A DNA stretch of 64,000 nucleotides from Poseidonia sp. (GTDB lineage Archaea > Thermoplasmatota > Poseidoniia > Poseidoniales > Poseidoniaceae), in NCBI GenBank assembly GCA_030741355.1, contig JASLVM010000001.1, positions 76,087 through 140,086 on the forward strand, given 5' to 3'. How positions within the stretch are numbered: the first letter of the stretch is position 1; each line of letters starts with the position of its first letter. The notes below the pieces were generated by a model that was not told the origin of the DNA, made no database searches, and saw only the letters and a program-made list of their open reading frames with translations. This document shows positions 1 to 8,468 of this stretch, in pieces. The position numbers were made by a program, and so were the translations under genes.

Positions 1-373
1 TGGCGCCGGTTTGGTTGTAGAAGGTGTCGTAGTTGTGGTTCTTGCCTTCAGCAGCAGCGAAACCAGCGAGCGTACGGAAGGAACCGTCGCTCTTCTCGGC
101 GTTCTTGCCGTTGGTGTAGATGTTCTTTGCTTCATCCCAGTTGCTGTCAGATGCAGCGGTCTTGATGTCGCAGAGGTCCTGCATCAAGGACCGGTGGTTG
201 TCCACGTTTGATGCGTAGGTGTAACCCGCATCAGAAGCATCGAGGAAAGCCGCTTTCGTCTCCTCCGCCTCTTCGGTCGTTTCGTCTTCTGTGCCGATGC
301 ATCCTGCCATAGCGGCGATCAACATCAACAGTGCTAGCGTCATTCCTTTGATTGATTTTCTCTTCAATTCCAT
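1..373 (-). CDS. FEA1/ISIP2a (phytotransferrin)-like iron-binding lipoprotein, 5' part only (runs off window)
   Basis: Not in the ORF track; translated by hand from ATG 373: MELKRKSIKGMTLALLMLIAAMAGCIGTEDE...GYTYASNVDNH...AKNIYTNGKNAEKSDGSFRTLAGFA. Lipobox AGC; the IY..G.N...RTL.GF pattern resembles FEA1 domains; GGAGG RBS at 382-386. Confidence 0.7.
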   Translation of the reverse strand, partial: MELKRKSIKGMTLALLMLIAAMAGCIGTEDETTEEAEETKAAFLDASDAGYTYASNVDNHRSLMQDLCDIKTAASDSNWDEAKNIYTNGKNAEKSDGSFRTLAGFAAAEGKNHNYDTFYNQTGA

Positions 374-386
374 GTTCAAACCCTCC

Positions 387-439
387 GGTTTAGGTCACCC
401 TAAAAGTGGGCCGAATATAAGGTTTAGGTCACCCTAAAA
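387..439. promoter_or_regulatory. Two identical operator-like boxes (GGTTTAGGTCACCCTAAAA at 387-405 and 421-439) flanking a minus-strand TATA box (415-420); DtxR-family-like
   Basis: Exact 19-bp direct repeat, each copy with the inverted core TTTAGG-N4-CCTAAA; TTATAT on the minus strand lies between them, upstream of the lipoprotein. Confidence 0.75.
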
Positions 440-480
440 ATGCACAGATGATGATGTGGAGCCCTTTTGCAGGGTTGCGG

Positions 481-556
481 TGGTAGTCCCTCCCGGATTT
501 GAACCGAGGTCGGAGGAACCAGAATCCTCCATGATGGACCGCTACACTAAGGGACT
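481..556 (-). tRNA. tRNA-Gln(CTG), CCA encoded
   Basis: Reverse complement AGTCCCT...GGAGGA-TTCTGGT-TCCTCC...GGTTCAAATCC...AGGGACT-A-CCA forms a cloverleaf with anticodon CTG and an A1-U72 pair. Confidence 0.95.
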
Positions 557-609
557 ATGGCCCTGCGAAAACCATCGCCTTCTTCAATTCAACGGTAAGT
601 CGTCGAAAT

Positions 610-804
610 TTAGACCGTCGCAAATCTGAACATGACCTTGGAGACCCAAGAGAGCATCATGATGATCATAAAGGAAGCCAAGGCATACTTTGCCCACGGA
701 CGTGCAGGCTTGGTTTCGGGCCACAAATCCACACCCATGGCCTCGGCTTGTGCGACCAATTCGGCCAGTTCAGCAAGGTGTTCCTCGACCGAGTCATGAG
801 CCAT
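610..804 (-). CDS. Small (64 aa) protein with a C-terminal TM helix
   Basis: MAHDSVEEHLAELAELVAQAEAMGVDLWP...WAKYALASFMIIMMLSWVSKVMFRFATV; start trimmed from the track ORF 610..1053, which overlaps the next gene. Confidence 0.7.
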   Translation of the reverse strand: MAHDSVEEHLAELAELVAQAEAMGVDLWPETKPARPWAKYALASFMIIMMLSWVSKVMFRFATV

Positions 805-904
805 GTTTTTTCGTTCATCCCGCTTTATTTGAATCCGCCGCAACCCTGCAACGTCTGACCGCGTCTTCACAAGACTTTGAAAGGACGGCCCCTGAGGGAA
901 CTGT

Positions 905-2413
905 ATGAGTGAGGTTCCTGAAGGGGTTGACATGGCCTCCCGCAGTCGGGGAGCACCACGCCCGACGGCCACCATGACGCTCACTCGAGATGGGCCAGAG
1001 GGCGTTGAAGTCCTTCTCGGCTTGCGTGCAAAAACCATGCGAGCCTTCCCCAACTACTGGGCTTTCCCAGGTGGCGGCGTCTCGTCGGTGGACCGGGCCG
1101 CCATCGAAGCCCTCCCTGCGTTGGCAGGGCCGGAAGCGGCCTCAATCGCCTGCATCATGCGGGAAATGAGCGAGGAACTTGGCCTCGTCCCGTCCGGTCT
1201 GGGAGCGATGGCGATGGAACCATCAGCACGTCTCGCCATTGTTGCAGACAAAAAACAGTGGCTTCCTCTTGCCCTTGAGGGAGCCTTTCCCGTTGAGCGA
1301 GCGCACATCAAAACCCTCAGTCACCGCATCACGCCCCCGTTCGGGCCGGTTCAGTTCGACAACGCCTTCCTTCACCTCCACCTCGGTGATTGGAACGATG
1401 TTCCCGAGATTGATTTGGAGCCTCAAACCGAATTCACGGAAGTGATGTGGGCAAAGCCCGTTGACATCCTCGGCCGCTGGAAAGCCCATGAAATCAAAGT
1501 CGCTCCTCCTGTTGTTACCTTGCTCATGGAAATTGAACGCACCCTCGACCGTTGCGAGCGAGACATGAACAAAGCCGCCAGCGACATTGCTGAGCGTTTA
1601 CCCGGGCGACGTTCAATTCTCTTTGCACACGGTGTTGAAGTGGTGCCCATCAAAACCGCAACACTTCCCCCCGCTGACCATACCAATTGCTACCTTGTGG
1701 GTGACCCAGAAGGCGATTTCGTGTTGGTTGACCCAGCGGTTCGCATGCGAGAGGACATGGAGGCCTTGGCCACGGCCGTTGAACGACACCGTGGAAACCT
1801 CATCGCTGTTGTGTTCACGCACAGCCACAGCGACCATTTGGCTGATATGTCGCTCCTCAAGGAAGCGTTTGATGTTCCGGTTTGGGGAAGCGAATACACC
1901 TCACGTTCCGTGCCCTGTCAGCGAATTCTTGCCGATGGAGAGGACTTGAAGTTGGGTCGACAAACATGGAAGGTTTTGATCACACCCGGCCACCATCCCG
2001 GCCACGTGTGTTTGTTCAGTGGGGCCGGATTGGTCGCCGGAGACATGGTAGCCGGCATCGGCACCATCCTCATTCCTCCTCAGACGGGCGACATGAATGA
2101 ATACATCAGCCAATTGAAGAGGTTGAAGGGACTCAAGCCTCACTTGGTGTTCCCAAGTCATGGTCCCGTGGTCGCCATTCCTGACCGGTTGATGGAACAC
2201 TACATCACGCATCGCCTTGCACGACACGAGCGCGTCCTCAACGCCGTTAGAGAAGGAACGGGTCAGTTGGAAGACATCGCCGTTCACGCTTACGCCGACA
2301 CACCTGATGCCCATCCCGGGCTTGCACTTGACCAAACGCTCTCGCATTTGCTCGCACTTGAGGCATCAGGTAAGGTCAAACACCACCAGTCCGCATGGCA
2401 TATGGAGGGATAA
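905..2413 (+). CDS. NUDIX (NUDT19-like) + metallo-beta-lactamase (LACTB2-like) fusion hydrolase
   Basis: WAFPGG...REMSEELG NUDIX box; THSHSDH, TPGHHPGH, AGD and PSHG MBL motifs; C-terminal winged helix. Confidence 0.85.
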   Translation: MSEVPEGVDMASRSRGAPRPTATMTLTRDGPEGVEVLLGLRAKTMRAFPNYWAFPGGGVSSVDRAAIEALPALAGPEAASIACIMREMSEELGLVPSGLGAMAMEPSARLAIVADKKQWLPLALEGAFPVERAHIKTLSHRITPPFGPVQFDNAFLHLHLGDWNDVPEIDLEPQTEFTEVMWAKPVDILGRWKAHEIKVAPPVVTLLMEIERTLDRCERDMNKAASDIAERLPGRRSILFAHGVEVVPIKTATLPPADHTNCYLVGDPEGDFVLVDPAVRMREDMEALATAVERHRGNLIAVVFTHSHSDHLADMSLLKEAFDVPVWGSEYTSRSVPCQRILADGEDLKLGRQTWKVLITPGHHPGHVCLFSGAGLVAGDMVAGIGTILIPPQTGDMNEYISQLKRLKGLKPHLVFPSHGPVVAIPDRLMEHYITHRLARHERVLNAVREGTGQLEDIAVHAYADTPDAHPGLALDQTLSHLLALEASGKVKHHQSAWHMEG

Positions 2414-2415
2414 AG

Positions 2416-3450
2416 ATGGGGAAGCGAGTTGTGATCACCAAAGCCGGTGGGGTTTCAGCCATCACCACTCAACCGATGGAACCGACCGCACCCGGCGAAG
2501 GTGAAGTGAGGATCAAAGTGGCGTACGCCGGCATCAATTTTGCTGATTTGCTCATGCGAATGGGGTTCTACCAACCCCGTCCGCCCTTCCCCTTCACACC
2601 AGGCTACGAAGTGAGCGGGGTGATCGATGCCCTGGGAACCGGTGTTTCTGGCTTTGAGGTGGGTCAACGGGTGGTGGCTGCCATGCGAAACGGCGGTCAA
2701 GCCAGCTACGTGCTCTCACCGATGGACCGCGTCATACCTCTTCCCGACGGTCTTTCTCTTCAAGCGGCCGCCTCCACACCGGTGACCTACATGACGGCCC
2801 ACCACATACTCCATCACCTCGGCCATCTTCGTCCAGAGGACAAGGTGCTGGTTCACGGAGGAGCTGGTGGCGTTGGAACCGCTGCCTTGCAACTCTGCAA
2901 GTGGGCGGGCATCGACCGGGTTTGGGCGACCTCATCCAAATCAAAACATCACATCATCGAGGGGTACGGTGCTCGGGCCATCGACCGACACAACGAAGAT
3001 TTCGTCGCCATCATCAAAGCGGAGACCGACGGCAAGGGAGTGGACCACGTGCTTGACCCCATTGGGGGCGACAATCTACGACGGAGTCTATCCTGTCTTG
3101 CGGAAGGAGGGCGGCTCTACACGTACGGGTTATCAGCCGCAGCACCCTCAGGAAAACGTTCGTTGTTGAAAGCCTTCTTTGCCATGCGAAAAACACCCAA
3201 ATTTGACCCCCTCCGCCTGATGACACGGAACCGTGCTGTGTTTGGCGTCCATATGGGCACCTGGTCAAACGAAGTGGTCATGCAAAGCCAACTCGCACGT
3301 ATTGTTGAGGGCATTCAAACCGGGCACCTGGAGCCCATTGTTGACCGTGTCTTCGCTGCTGAGGACGTGCAGGCTGCGCATCAACACATCCACGATGCGA
3401 AGAACATTGGCAAAGTGCTGCTGAAGTTCGAGGATGTAGACGGAGAATAG
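2416..3450 (+). CDS. MDR-family NADPH:quinone oxidoreductase (VAT-1-like)
   Basis: GINFADL, PFTPGYEVSG, HGGAGGVG and NIGKVLL motifs. Confidence 0.9.
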   Translation: MGKRVVITKAGGVSAITTQPMEPTAPGEGEVRIKVAYAGINFADLLMRMGFYQPRPPFPFTPGYEVSGVIDALGTGVSGFEVGQRVVAAMRNGGQASYVLSPMDRVIPLPDGLSLQAAASTPVTYMTAHHILHHLGHLRPEDKVLVHGGAGGVGTAALQLCKWAGIDRVWATSSKSKHHIIEGYGARAIDRHNEDFVAIIKAETDGKGVDHVLDPIGGDNLRRSLSCLAEGGRLYTYGLSAAAPSGKRSLLKAFFAMRKTPKFDPLRLMTRNRAVFGVHMGTWSNEVVMQSQLARIVEGIQTGHLEPIVDRVFAAEDVQAAHQHIHDAKNIGKVLLKFEDVDGE

Positions 3451-3520
3451 GTGCTGTGGCGGTGCATGGTCCTGAAACCTTCTTCACACCTCGAGACTTG
3501 GAAACGACGAAGGTGAGACC

Positions 3521-5680
3521 GTGAAGAAAGCCATGTCAGGGTTTGACCTTCGCGTGATGGCGCGAGAACTTGACGCCTTGAAGGGGGCCTATGTCAAGAA
3601 GGCCTACATGCCTCATTACGAACAAATTGTACTGAGGGTCAACCCAAAGGAAGCAGACCAGCGTGACATGGTCTTCGTTCGAGGGGCTCGCATTTACACC
3701 TCAAAGCGAGACCGCCCCATGCCGATGACACCTCCACCTTTTGCGATGGTGCTTCGAAAGCACTTACGAAACGCCCGACTGACCGGAGTGAAACAGGTTG
3801 GCTTTGACCGCGTCCTGGCGTTTTCTTTTGATACAAAGAACGGCCAACGCACGCTCTATGTGGAGGTGTTTCGAGATGGAAACATCATCCTCGTAGATGA
3901 AAACGGGATCATCATTCAGCCCCTGACGCACGCATCGTATGCAGGTCGGACCCTCAAGAAAGGCGTCGAGTACACGCCTCCACCTCCGGCTATGGACCCC
4001 TACGAACTCGACGAAGCAACGCTCCAACAACTGTTGAATGAATCCGACCGAGACCTCGTGTCCACCCTCGGTGGCAAGGTCAATTTGGGGGCAACCCACG
4101 CCAACGCCGTCTGTGCTGTGGCCAACCACGAACCCAATTCACCCACGCAAGAAGCCGACGCCTCGGCTGTTTACGCTGCGCTTCATCAACTGCTCACTCA
4201 ACTTGACAACAGCGAGATGGCCCATCTTGTGCTCAAATTGCAAGAAAAAGATGCGCCGGATTGGAACCCTTTCTACCAAGGCCTGAGCGTCGCAGAACAG
4301 CAGGCGTGGTTGGCTGAACGCTCGGTGGAAGCCACGCCCATTCTCCTCCCACAACACGCCGATATGCCCCAAGTAAGTTTTCCTTCACTTTGTGAAGCCA
4401 TCGATACTTGGAAGGGGTTGCACGATGCCCACGCACTGCAACGTCGGGAAGAAGAGCGCTTTGAACAAGCCGGGCCTGGACGAGGGCAATCCACTGAGGT
4501 GGAACGTTTGGAGCGTCGTAAGGCGCAGCAAGAGAAAGCCCTGGGTGGTTTTTCTGACAAAATCGAGAAGCAACAGCGGCTGGGGCATTTGATTCAAGAG
4601 CACTGGGGCCATGTTGAAGGGTTGTTGGAACAAACGAAAGAAGCCGTGGAACGTGACGGTTGGAGCACCGTCCGAAAAGCCATCAAAAACATCCCATGGA
4701 TCGTCAACGCCGCCCCAGCAGAGCGAACCATCACGGTGGTCCTTCCGGATGAAAACAGCGAAGCCAAAGGACCGCAGGTCTTGCTGGAGTTGGACGCCAC
4801 CGTGCATCAAAACGCTCAACGCTATTTTGAGTCCGCTCGCAAACAGAAGAACAAGACCTCAGGTGCCGTACAGGCCCTTGAAGACACGGAACGGAAACTC
4901 AAGCGAGCACGGAAGAACGAGGCGAAACAGAAGGCGAGTGGCAAACTCAACCGTCTCAAACGGAGCAAACGCATGTGGTTTGAGCAGCACCGATGGGGAA
5001 TGGTCGAAGGAGGCCATCTCATCGTGGGAGGAAAGGACGCCAAAGGCAACGACGCTGTCGTCAAAAAACACCTCTCCGGCGACGACATGTACCTGCACGC
5101 CGACCTGCACGGCGCACCCTCTTGCAGTTTGAGAGCCAGCCAAGGTTTTGCGCTTGAGGAGCGCCGTCCTGCACACCTCCCTTCCGATATTCCAGCCTAC
5201 CGCTTGGTTGACAAATTGGAATCGCCTACGCTTGATGAAAAGAAGCTCCAACAGGCGGCTGTCCTCGCTCTTTCTTGGAGTCGTGCATGGAATGGAGGAG
5301 GTGCGCATGGCACGGTCTATAGCGTCAAACCGGCGCAGGTTTCCAAATCAGCACAAACCGGCGAATTCGTTGGTAAAGGAGCGTTCGTCATTCGAGGTCA
5401 ACGCACATGGTACAAAGACATGGATGTTCGAATCGGGATCGGCATCATCGCCGTGAACGGGGTTCCAATGGTGGTCTCTGGCACGCCCGAACACGTTCAA
5501 AACATGTGCCCTCGCTACGCCATCCTGACGCCTGGCCAAACCAAAAAGGACCAACTGGCCAACAAAATTTACCGCAATACAGGACTGTCAACCGATGATT
5601 TGCTGGCCGTGCTTCCCGGTGCCTGCGATGTCATCGAAGAACACGGGATACTCACGCCACCTCCTTCCGAAGAGGAATGA
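3521..5680 (+). CDS. rqcH: NFACT / Rqc2-RqcH ribosome quality-control protein
   Basis: MSGFDL, PPPFAMVLRKHL, FDRV, GNIILVD, coiled coil, W-F-E..RW, GGKDA..ND, LHADLHGAP, GEF..KGAFVIRG. Confidence 0.92.
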   Translation: MKKAMSGFDLRVMARELDALKGAYVKKAYMPHYEQIVLRVNPKEADQRDMVFVRGARIYTSKRDRPMPMTPPPFAMVLRKHLRNARLTGVKQVGFDRVLAFSFDTKNGQRTLYVEVFRDGNIILVDENGIIIQPLTHASYAGRTLKKGVEYTPPPPAMDPYELDEATLQQLLNESDRDLVSTLGGKVNLGATHANAVCAVANHEPNSPTQEADASAVYAALHQLLTQLDNSEMAHLVLKLQEKDAPDWNPFYQGLSVAEQQAWLAERSVEATPILLPQHADMPQVSFPSLCEAIDTWKGLHDAHALQRREEERFEQAGPGRGQSTEVERLERRKAQQEKALGGFSDKIEKQQRLGHLIQEHWGHVEGLLEQTKEAVERDGWSTVRKAIKNIPWIVNAAPAERTITVVLPDENSEAKGPQVLLELDATVHQNAQRYFESARKQKNKTSGAVQALEDTERKLKRARKNEAKQKASGKLNRLKRSKRMWFEQHRWGMVEGGHLIVGGKDAKGNDAVVKKHLSGDDMYLHADLHGAPSCSLRASQGFALEERRPAHLPSDIPAYRLVDKLESPTLDEKKLQQAAVLALSWSRAWNGGGAHGTVYSVKPAQVSKSAQTGEFVGKGAFVIRGQRTWYKDMDVRIGIGIIAVNGVPMVVSGTPEHVQNMCPRYAILTPGQTKKDQLANKIYRNTGLSTDDLLAVLPGACDVIEEHGILTPPPSEEE

Positions 5681-5738
5681 TTCAGAGGTGAGAAAGGCTC
5701 ACCCATGGCTTGATGGCATGGTTTGGGGTGGGGTGACC

Positions 5739-6065
5739 ATGCGCTTTTACCACAACCCGCGGTGTTCAAAATCCAGACAAGCCCTTGCCCTGCTTGAAGA
5801 ACGGGGTGTTGAAGTGGAGGTGATTCGTTATCTCGAAACGGGTGTCTTGGAAGACGATCTCAACATTCTGGCCCAACTTGAAAACGTTGTTCGTAAGAAA
5901 GAGGCGGGTCCAGAGGCGATGGCGGCCCTTCAGAGCCCTGATGACGTCATCACACTCCTTCGAAGCCACCCCAAAGCGCTTGAGCGCCCAATCCTCGTGG
6001 TCAACGGTGAGGCCGTCATCGGCCGACCGCCTGAAAACGTGTTGACCTTGCTCAAGAACGAATGA
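5739..6065 (+). CDS. ArsC/Spx-family protein
   Basis: YHNPRCSKSRQAL...ERPI...IGRPPENV; start trimmed to ATG 5739. Confidence 0.88.
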   Translation: MRFYHNPRCSKSRQALALLEERGVEVEVIRYLETGVLEDDLNILAQLENVVRKKEAGPEAMAALQSPDDVITLLRSHPKALERPILVVNGEAVIGRPPENVLTLLKNE

Positions 6066-6069
6066 ACGC

Positions 6070-7266
6070 TCACGATGGCCTGCGCACGTACATGGCCACG
6101 GCGTTGCCGCCACCAAGGCAGAGGGTGACGATGCCCGAATTCGCTTCAAGCCGGCGCATGACGCCCAGCATCGTGATGAGACAACGCGTTCCGCTGGCTC
6201 CCAAAGGATGGCCAAGACTGACAGCTCCGCCATGAAGGTTGAACCGATCGTCCGGTATTCCGATCTCCTGTGCAACCGCACAAGAGGCTGAGGCGAACGC
6301 CTCGTTGTGCTCGTAAACATCAACGTCCAAGACGTCCAAGTCGTTGCGCTCCAAGAGCATCTTGACGGCTGGAATCGGAGCGCTCATCACACGAGCGGGT
6401 TCAACGCCCGAGGTGCAGTAATCTTCGATGGTGGCCAGAACTTCCCATCCTTGGGCCTTGGCAAATTCGGCCTCGGCGATGAGCACGGCGCTGGCTCCGT
6501 CATTGAGGGTGCTGGCATTCCCTGCCGTCACGGCCCCGTTCTTGTCAAACACCGGGCGCAATCCAGCCAACGACTCAGCCGTGGTTCCGGCACGTACACC
6601 TTCATCGTTGCTCAAGACAATGGGGTCGCCTCGCCGTTGGGGCACCTCCACGTCAAACGTTTCCCAATCGAACCAACCCTTTTCCCAGGCGGTCGCCGCT
6701 CGTTGTTGGCTTCGTGCGGCAAAGGCATCCATGCTGGCACGGTCAATGTTGCATTCCTGAGCGACCGTCTCTCCGGTGGTTCCCATGTGGACGTCGTTGT
6801 AGACATCCCACAATCCATCATGAATCATTGAGTCCACCAGCGTAGAGTTGCCCATTTTCGCACCCTTGCGCTGACCCATCAAGAGTTGTGGAGCGTTACT
6901 CATGCTCTCCATACCCCCGGCGACAATGGCCTTGTATTCACCAGCACGAATGCTGTTCGCAGCCATCATGGCGGCTTTCAACGAGGAACCGCAGACCTTG
7001 TTCACGGTCACGCACGGTGTGGAGGCGGGAAGGCCGGCTCCCAAGGCAACTTGACGAGCGGGATTTTGACCAACGCCTGCCTGCAGAACCTGTCCAAAGA
7101 CGACTTCGTCCACCACGCCGCTCTCAGGTTCAATCCCCGCTCTGTTGAGAAGTTCCTTCACGGAAAGAACCCCGAGGTCAACGGCGCTCATGGAGGACAG
7201 TGTTCCCATGAATTTTCCGATGGGCGTGCGCGCCACAGCACAAATGACAGCCTTTGGTTGACTCAT
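6070..7266 (-). CDS. Acetyl-CoA C-acyltransferase (thiolase)
   Basis: RTPIG, NKVCGS (catalytic Cys), NEAFA, GHPLGASG, CLGGG. Confidence 0.95.
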   Translation of the reverse strand: MSQPKAVICAVARTPIGKFMGTLSSMSAVDLGVLSVKELLNRAGIEPESGVVDEVVFGQVLQAGVGQNPARQVALGAGLPASTPCVTVNKVCGSSLKAAMMAANSIRAGEYKAIVAGGMESMSNAPQLLMGQRKGAKMGNSTLVDSMIHDGLWDVYNDVHMGTTGETVAQECNIDRASMDAFAARSQQRAATAWEKGWFDWETFDVEVPQRRGDPIVLSNDEGVRAGTTAESLAGLRPVFDKNGAVTAGNASTLNDGASAVLIAEAEFAKAQGWEVLATIEDYCTSGVEPARVMSAPIPAVKMLLERNDLDVLDVDVYEHNEAFASASCAVAQEIGIPDDRFNLHGGAVSLGHPLGASGTRCLITMLGVMRRLEANSGIVTLCLGGGNAVAMYVRRPS

Positions 7267-7358
7267 GAACAAGGGAAGCCAGTTCACACCTTCAACCTGA
7301 CCTCTTCCCATCCTCAGGCTGAGGAAGGGTTGATGAGGGCCACGCATTGGCACGAAAC

Positions 7359-8183
7359 ATGGGGAAATTCAAAACCGAACTCAACCTTTCTCGAGCCAAC
7401 GATGAGATGCGAACGCCAGAAGTCACCTTGAACTTCACGCCCAACGCCCTTGCCTCGGTGTTGTACAAGCAGGGCGACACGGTGATTTTGGCGTGCTGCA
7501 CAAAGGAAGCTCGGCTTCCCGGCTGGTTCCCCCGAGACGCCACGAAAGGCTGGGTACACGCCGAATACTCGCTTCTTCCAGGTTCCACCGATTCTCGTTT
7601 TCGCCGTGAGCGACGCGGTGCCAAAGGTCGCACGCAAGAAATTGAACGCCTCATTGCTCGCTCACTCCGAGCAGCCGTTGACCTTGAGGCCCTGGGCCCC
7701 ATCGCTTTGAACGTGGACTGTGATGTCTTGAACGCCGACGGAGGAACCCGCTGCGCTTCCATAACAGCGGCCAATATTGCCCTCCGCTTGGCCGTTCGCC
7801 GATTGATTGCCCAAGGCGTTTGCTTGCCAATTGACCTTCGACCGACTCCCGAGCAGCGGAAGGAAGGTTGGACGCCCCCTGCGCTCGATTCTCTCGAACG
7901 CGAGAACCATGAAAACGCCGTCATTCCTCATGACCTTGCGGCGGTTTCCGTCGGACTGATCGACGGGGAAGTCTACCTTGATTTGGACTACATTCTGGAT
8001 TCCAATGCCGATGTTGACATGAACATCATCAAGACCAACGACGGCAAGTACGTCGAAGTGCAAGGCACTGGAGAAGAATCCACCTTTTCAGCCGATGAGT
8101 TATCCGCTCTGCTCGCCGGCGCTGACAAAGGACTCGAAAGGTTGTTTGCGTTCCAAAAGGAAGCCCTTGAAGGAGCAGAGTGA
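7359..8183 (+). CDS. rph: Ribonuclease PH, bacterial type
   Basis: GWVHAEYSLLP, GRTQEIERLIARSLRA, DCDVLNADGGTRCASIT, EVQGTGE. Confidence 0.92.
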   Translation: MGKFKTELNLSRANDEMRTPEVTLNFTPNALASVLYKQGDTVILACCTKEARLPGWFPRDATKGWVHAEYSLLPGSTDSRFRRERRGAKGRTQEIERLIARSLRAAVDLEALGPIALNVDCDVLNADGGTRCASITAANIALRLAVRRLIAQGVCLPIDLRPTPEQRKEGWTPPALDSLERENHENAVIPHDLAAVSVGLIDGEVYLDLDYILDSNADVDMNIIKTNDGKYVEVQGTGEESTFSADELSALLAGADKGLERLFAFQKEALEGAE

Positions 8184-8269
8184 AACATCCACCATGGTCA
8201 AGGTCCATCTCGGAGCCAGTTGCTCCATCGGAAGGCTTGATATGGCGAGGGCGTTGGCCAACCTTGCAC

Positions 8270-8345
8270 GGGTTAGTAGCTTAGTTGGGAGAGCGCGGCA
8301 CTGAAGATGCCGAGGTCGCTGGTTCAAGTCCGGCCTAACCCACCA
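8270..8345 (+). tRNA. tRNA-Phe(GAA), CCA encoded
   Basis: GGGTTAG...CGGCA-CTGAAGA-TGCCG...GGTTCAAGTCC...CTAACCC-A-CCA. Confidence 0.95.
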
Positions 8346-8468
8346 ACACATGAGCACCTTCCAGTGCAACATGTGGATTGTGATGATTTCTATAGAAAGG
8401 AGTCTATCGTATTGAACCCGATAGAACCAGGGAAAAGGATTCTTGAACTTGAGCGGGCATGCAACATC

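Noticed and set aside
387-439. Direct repeat as a mini-CRISPR
   Set aside because: Only two 19-bp copies with a 15-bp spacer containing a TATA box, and no cas genes; an operator pair fits better.
905-2413. NUDIX-MBL fusion as a novel architecture
   Set aside because: This fusion is already known from bacteria; kept as a feature only.
5687-5703. Inverted repeat GGTGAG-N5-CTCACC between rqcH and the ArsC-family gene
   Set aside because: Six-bp arms, no U-tract and no second copy noticed; indistinguishable from chance.
481-8345. tRNA genes as integration sites of an island
   Set aside because: No integrase, no duplicated tRNA 3' end noticed, and no evident compositional shift.
8307-8468. N-terminal extension of the 760-aa track ORF
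   Set aside because: It starts inside tRNA-Phe; ATG 8469 is the plausible start.
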